Source: Amoebidium appalachense
Taxonomy: Eukaryota > Protista > Ichthyosporea
DNA length: 64,000 bases
Assembly (NCBI GenBank): GCA_963693365.1
Contig: CAVNZM010000005.1
Span: 11,741,728 to 11,805,727 of the forward strand
Reading direction: 5' to 3'
The notes below the pieces were generated by a model that did not search any database, was not told where the DNA came from, and was given only the letters and a program-made list of their open reading frames with translations. Shown here piece after piece: positions 61,016 to 64,000 of the stretch; positions within the stretch are counted from its first letter, which is position 1; each line of letters opens with the position of its first letter. The position numbers were made by a program, and so were the translations under genes.

Positions 61016-63842
61016 GTGTGCGTGTGCGTGTGTGTGGTGTTGGTGGTGATGATGTTGTTGTTGTTGTTGTTTTTGGGTGGGTGGGTGTGGGGGGGGGGGG
61101 GGGGGGGGGTTGATATGCGTGGGGTGTAAATCTGGCCTTTATGTGTGAAACAAAGAACTTGCTCGTGGGAAAACAGTGTTCCTTTTTTTTCTCCCTCCCG
61201 TTTATGCTTATGGTTGCTATTTTTTCTTTTTGATTGCCGCTGCTGCTGCTCGGGTTTGCTATTTTGTGTTTTGGTGTCAGTGCTTAGTTCGTTTTCTATT
61301 TGGTAAACTTACACACACACACACACACACAAAGTACACGCATAAGGCACCACAACCGCCAGTGCTACCACACCTCCAGTACATTTATGGCTTTTCACTT
61401 TTCTTTCTATGTTTCTACCTACCGCTTGCCTTACCGGGGTCTATCACCTCTTCAATCTTCCACTTCTCTTCTCACGTGGTCTTTTTTTTTTCCGCAGAGC
61501 AACACATCGTGGTATGAAGGAAATCATGTTACCGCCTGCGACAGCATCTGCTATCTGGTACGTAAATCTCACGATTGTATTCCTCATAACGTCGATTAGA
61601 AAGGATCACATGGAATAAATCGAACCAAGGGCTGAATTACGTTCTGTACTTCAAACCCTGGCTAGAATAGCAAAAGCAACCCATGAAAATGTTCAAACTG
61701 AGAAACGTGCACACAACAACAAACAGCACTGAGATGTCAACATTGAAGTCTGTAGATTCCTCTTCCATCTTCATATTGCTACACATGTCACTCAGAAAAA
61801 TGGCACTTAGACGGATTTGCTTCCTGTGCCCGTTTAGCCACTTTCTCCCCTTCACACACCCAATCATCCTCCCCTTTCTTCCCTCCCCCCCCCCCCCCCC
61901 CCCCCCCCCCTTCCCCCCTCCCGGGACAAATATCAGAAGGACGTGAAAGATGACAGAGAGTGACAGCAGAGCTCGAAATATAGTAAAGAGGGTACGAAAA
62001 GAATAAACCACAGACGCATAAAAACAGGACCCCCTCCCCCCCCCCCCCCCCCCTCCCTCCCCGGGTGGAAATATGAACACCCCAAAGCCACCTCTTTAGG
62101 CAAGCAACCCCCATCCCCTCTTCTCACTCCTTGAATTTTTACACCAGGGGTTCCGCTACAACATAGGAGACTGTGTGGGTGTGCGAGCAAATGACGGGGT
62201 GCTCTACTATGCAATCCTGACACGGTTCCTTGTGAATGAGCTGGGCCAGAAGGCATGTGTCTTGACGTGGCTAGTGCCTAGAGACCCTTCGGTGCTTCGG
62301 AACCCAACTTTCAGCCCGACCGATTATCTGCTAGGTAGGTGCCTGTTGGATTTTTTTTTCTTCATATCTTCCTTTTTTATCGTAGCCTTATTATGCATAC
62401 TCTTTATGTATGGCTTGCATTCTGCATCGTGTTATCCGTTTGTTCTTGTGTACTTCGTACTTCTTGACGCATTCAATCCCCCCCCCCCCCCCCCCCCCCC
62501 CCTTTAACCCCCGGCCTTTCCCACTGCCCTTGCCTGCATAAGCAACCCTGCTCGTCTCTGATCAAGACGGGTGACCTACTCATGTTCAAATGAAACAGTA
62601 TCTGAGTTGGGTTTCGTTAACGAGGGGAATAGGTCGAAACTCGGGTACTGTGGATGACGTGGGCCCCCCCTGAGGATGGGCTCTGCTTATTATGCATACT
62701 CTTTATGGATGGCTTGCATTCTGCATCGTGTTATCCGTTTGTTCTTGTGTACTTCGTACTTTTTGACGCATTCAAACCCCCCCCCCCCCCCCCCAGCCCG
62801 TTATAAAGAGAAGAGGGGGGGGGGGGGGGGGGGATCTGTATGTAATAGTGTGTGGAACTTCTAGTGCTCATGTTTTTGCTTGCTATTAAAAACGTGACCT
62901 TTTTCCTGATGCTCTGCATTGTGAACAACCGCTAGCATGTAATGAAAGAAGGGGGGGCTGGGGGGGGGGGGGGGGGGGGGAGAAGAGAGAGGGGGGGAGG
63001 GGGGGGATAGGCATTTGGGAAGGTTTGTGTATTATGTAGCCACATACACTAAACGAATGTTCCTGCGTGTAGGAGCTGATTTGGTTGTATGCTAATGGAC
63101 GTGGTTGGTTGTATTAGCTGGTAAGTGAAACCGCTCTACTTCCACCTTTCTTGAGTCCGTTTTTTCCCTCTTTTTTCTCTATTTTGTGTGAAGGGGTCCT
63201 ATTGCTTGGTCAGAAATCTGAATTTCTGTAAACCCCCCGCAGGCCCTACAGCCGAAACCGTCTATCTGATGGCTTGTGTTGAAGCCGTAGTCTACTCCAA
63301 TGCAACCTCACTACTGCGCGAACTATCAACCAGGCAGACAAACCCCCCCATCACACTCGGCAGCCAACCGCCACAGCAAATACAGCCCCACTCGTCCCCC
63401 ATGAGCGTCCCAGGGGGTTCCAACCCAATTTCCGTACCGAATTCCAATAATTCCATGCCGCCGCCACCATCGCCTCATATGAATGACCACCACATGTCGT
63501 CATCGTATCCAAACCACCACAGTATGATGCCACCCCCGTCACATATCCCCACCGGCCCAAACGGCCCTTATCCTGCTCACAATGGTGGTATAATGCCACC
63601 TCCTGTACCTATTCCGGGCAGTGCACATACATCCCCGCACTATACACACAACGGTTCATATCCGATCCCTATTCCACGGACAAATTCAAATCCTCCGCCG
63701 TCGCTATCCCCGGGACCCTATCCGGTATCTGCATCTGTGCCTATTCCCATGCACAGCCCGGCTTATTCTCAGCAATTTTCAAGCTGGAGTTCATACCCTG
63801 AACATTTGGAACCCCCAACTTCCTCACAATCGATACCTATTG
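59394..63842 (+). CDS. GATAD1: GATA zinc-finger plus BAH-like domain protein, GATAD1-like, with a Pro/His-rich tail; incomplete at the 3' end, start uncertain
   Basis: Spliced CINC|[29 protein letters not shown]|AHRPL. Later exons ACDSICYL|[45 protein letters not shown]|GP resemble the GATAD1 C-terminal domain. Exons at ~60129-60216, 60836-60939, 61498-61557, 62147-62333 and 63243-63842. Confidence 0.75.
62388..62776 (+). mobile_element. Subfamily B 3' fragment (62388-62477), C-run, then a complete subfamily B element (62503-62776) in a GATAD1 intron
   Basis: 12-bp stem III CAGUAUCUGAGU/ACUCGGGUACUG, GAAA at 62636, CTGAGGA at 62670. Both parts end cgcattcaa followed by a C-run. Confidence 0.88.
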
Positions 63843-63880
63843 GTGAGTGTAAAGGCCCCCCCCACCCCCCACCCCCCGCA

Positions 63881-63959
<79 letters not shown>

Positions 63960-64000
63960 GCACGCACGCACGCACACACACGCACTGTCTTGTGGGCCTG

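Noticed and set aside
63330-63420. Possible frameshift at the C-run in the GATAD1-like exon
   Set aside because: The run has 7 Cs and the frame stays open from 63243 to the donor at 63843.

Overview
Intron-rich eukaryotic DNA, full of poly-G/poly-C runs and (CA)n/(GT)n microsatellites. The gene set looks like a unicellular holozoan or relative, which is an inference. Six spliced genes can be reconstructed: the 3' end of an SH3 protein (Abp1/DBNL/cortactin-like, +), a secreted EGF-tyrosinase (-), DDX41 (-), epsinR/CLINT1 (+), a GPALPP1-like gene (-) and a GATAD1-like gene (+, runs off the window). Most ORFs in the supplied track are microsatellite artefacts. The main discovery is a dispersed family of ~280-430 bp non-coding elements (subfamilies A, B, C; about 15 copies and fragments). 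They carry all three hammerhead-ribozyme core strands in a non-circularly permuted order (GUU ... GAAA ... CUGANGA), with a covarying stem III. They end at a fixed 3' motif abutting a C-run, are variably 5'-truncated, and every recognisable copy lies in an intron in the host's sense orientation. Also present: a copia-type tandem-array TRIM (4 LTRs, CCTTT TSD, captured poly(A) tail), two MITEs with TA TSDs, an orphan duplicated DDX41 exon, a decayed duplicated coding region, and a tandem amplification of the GPALPP1 stop-codon region. Exon boundaries and RNA pairings were read by eye.
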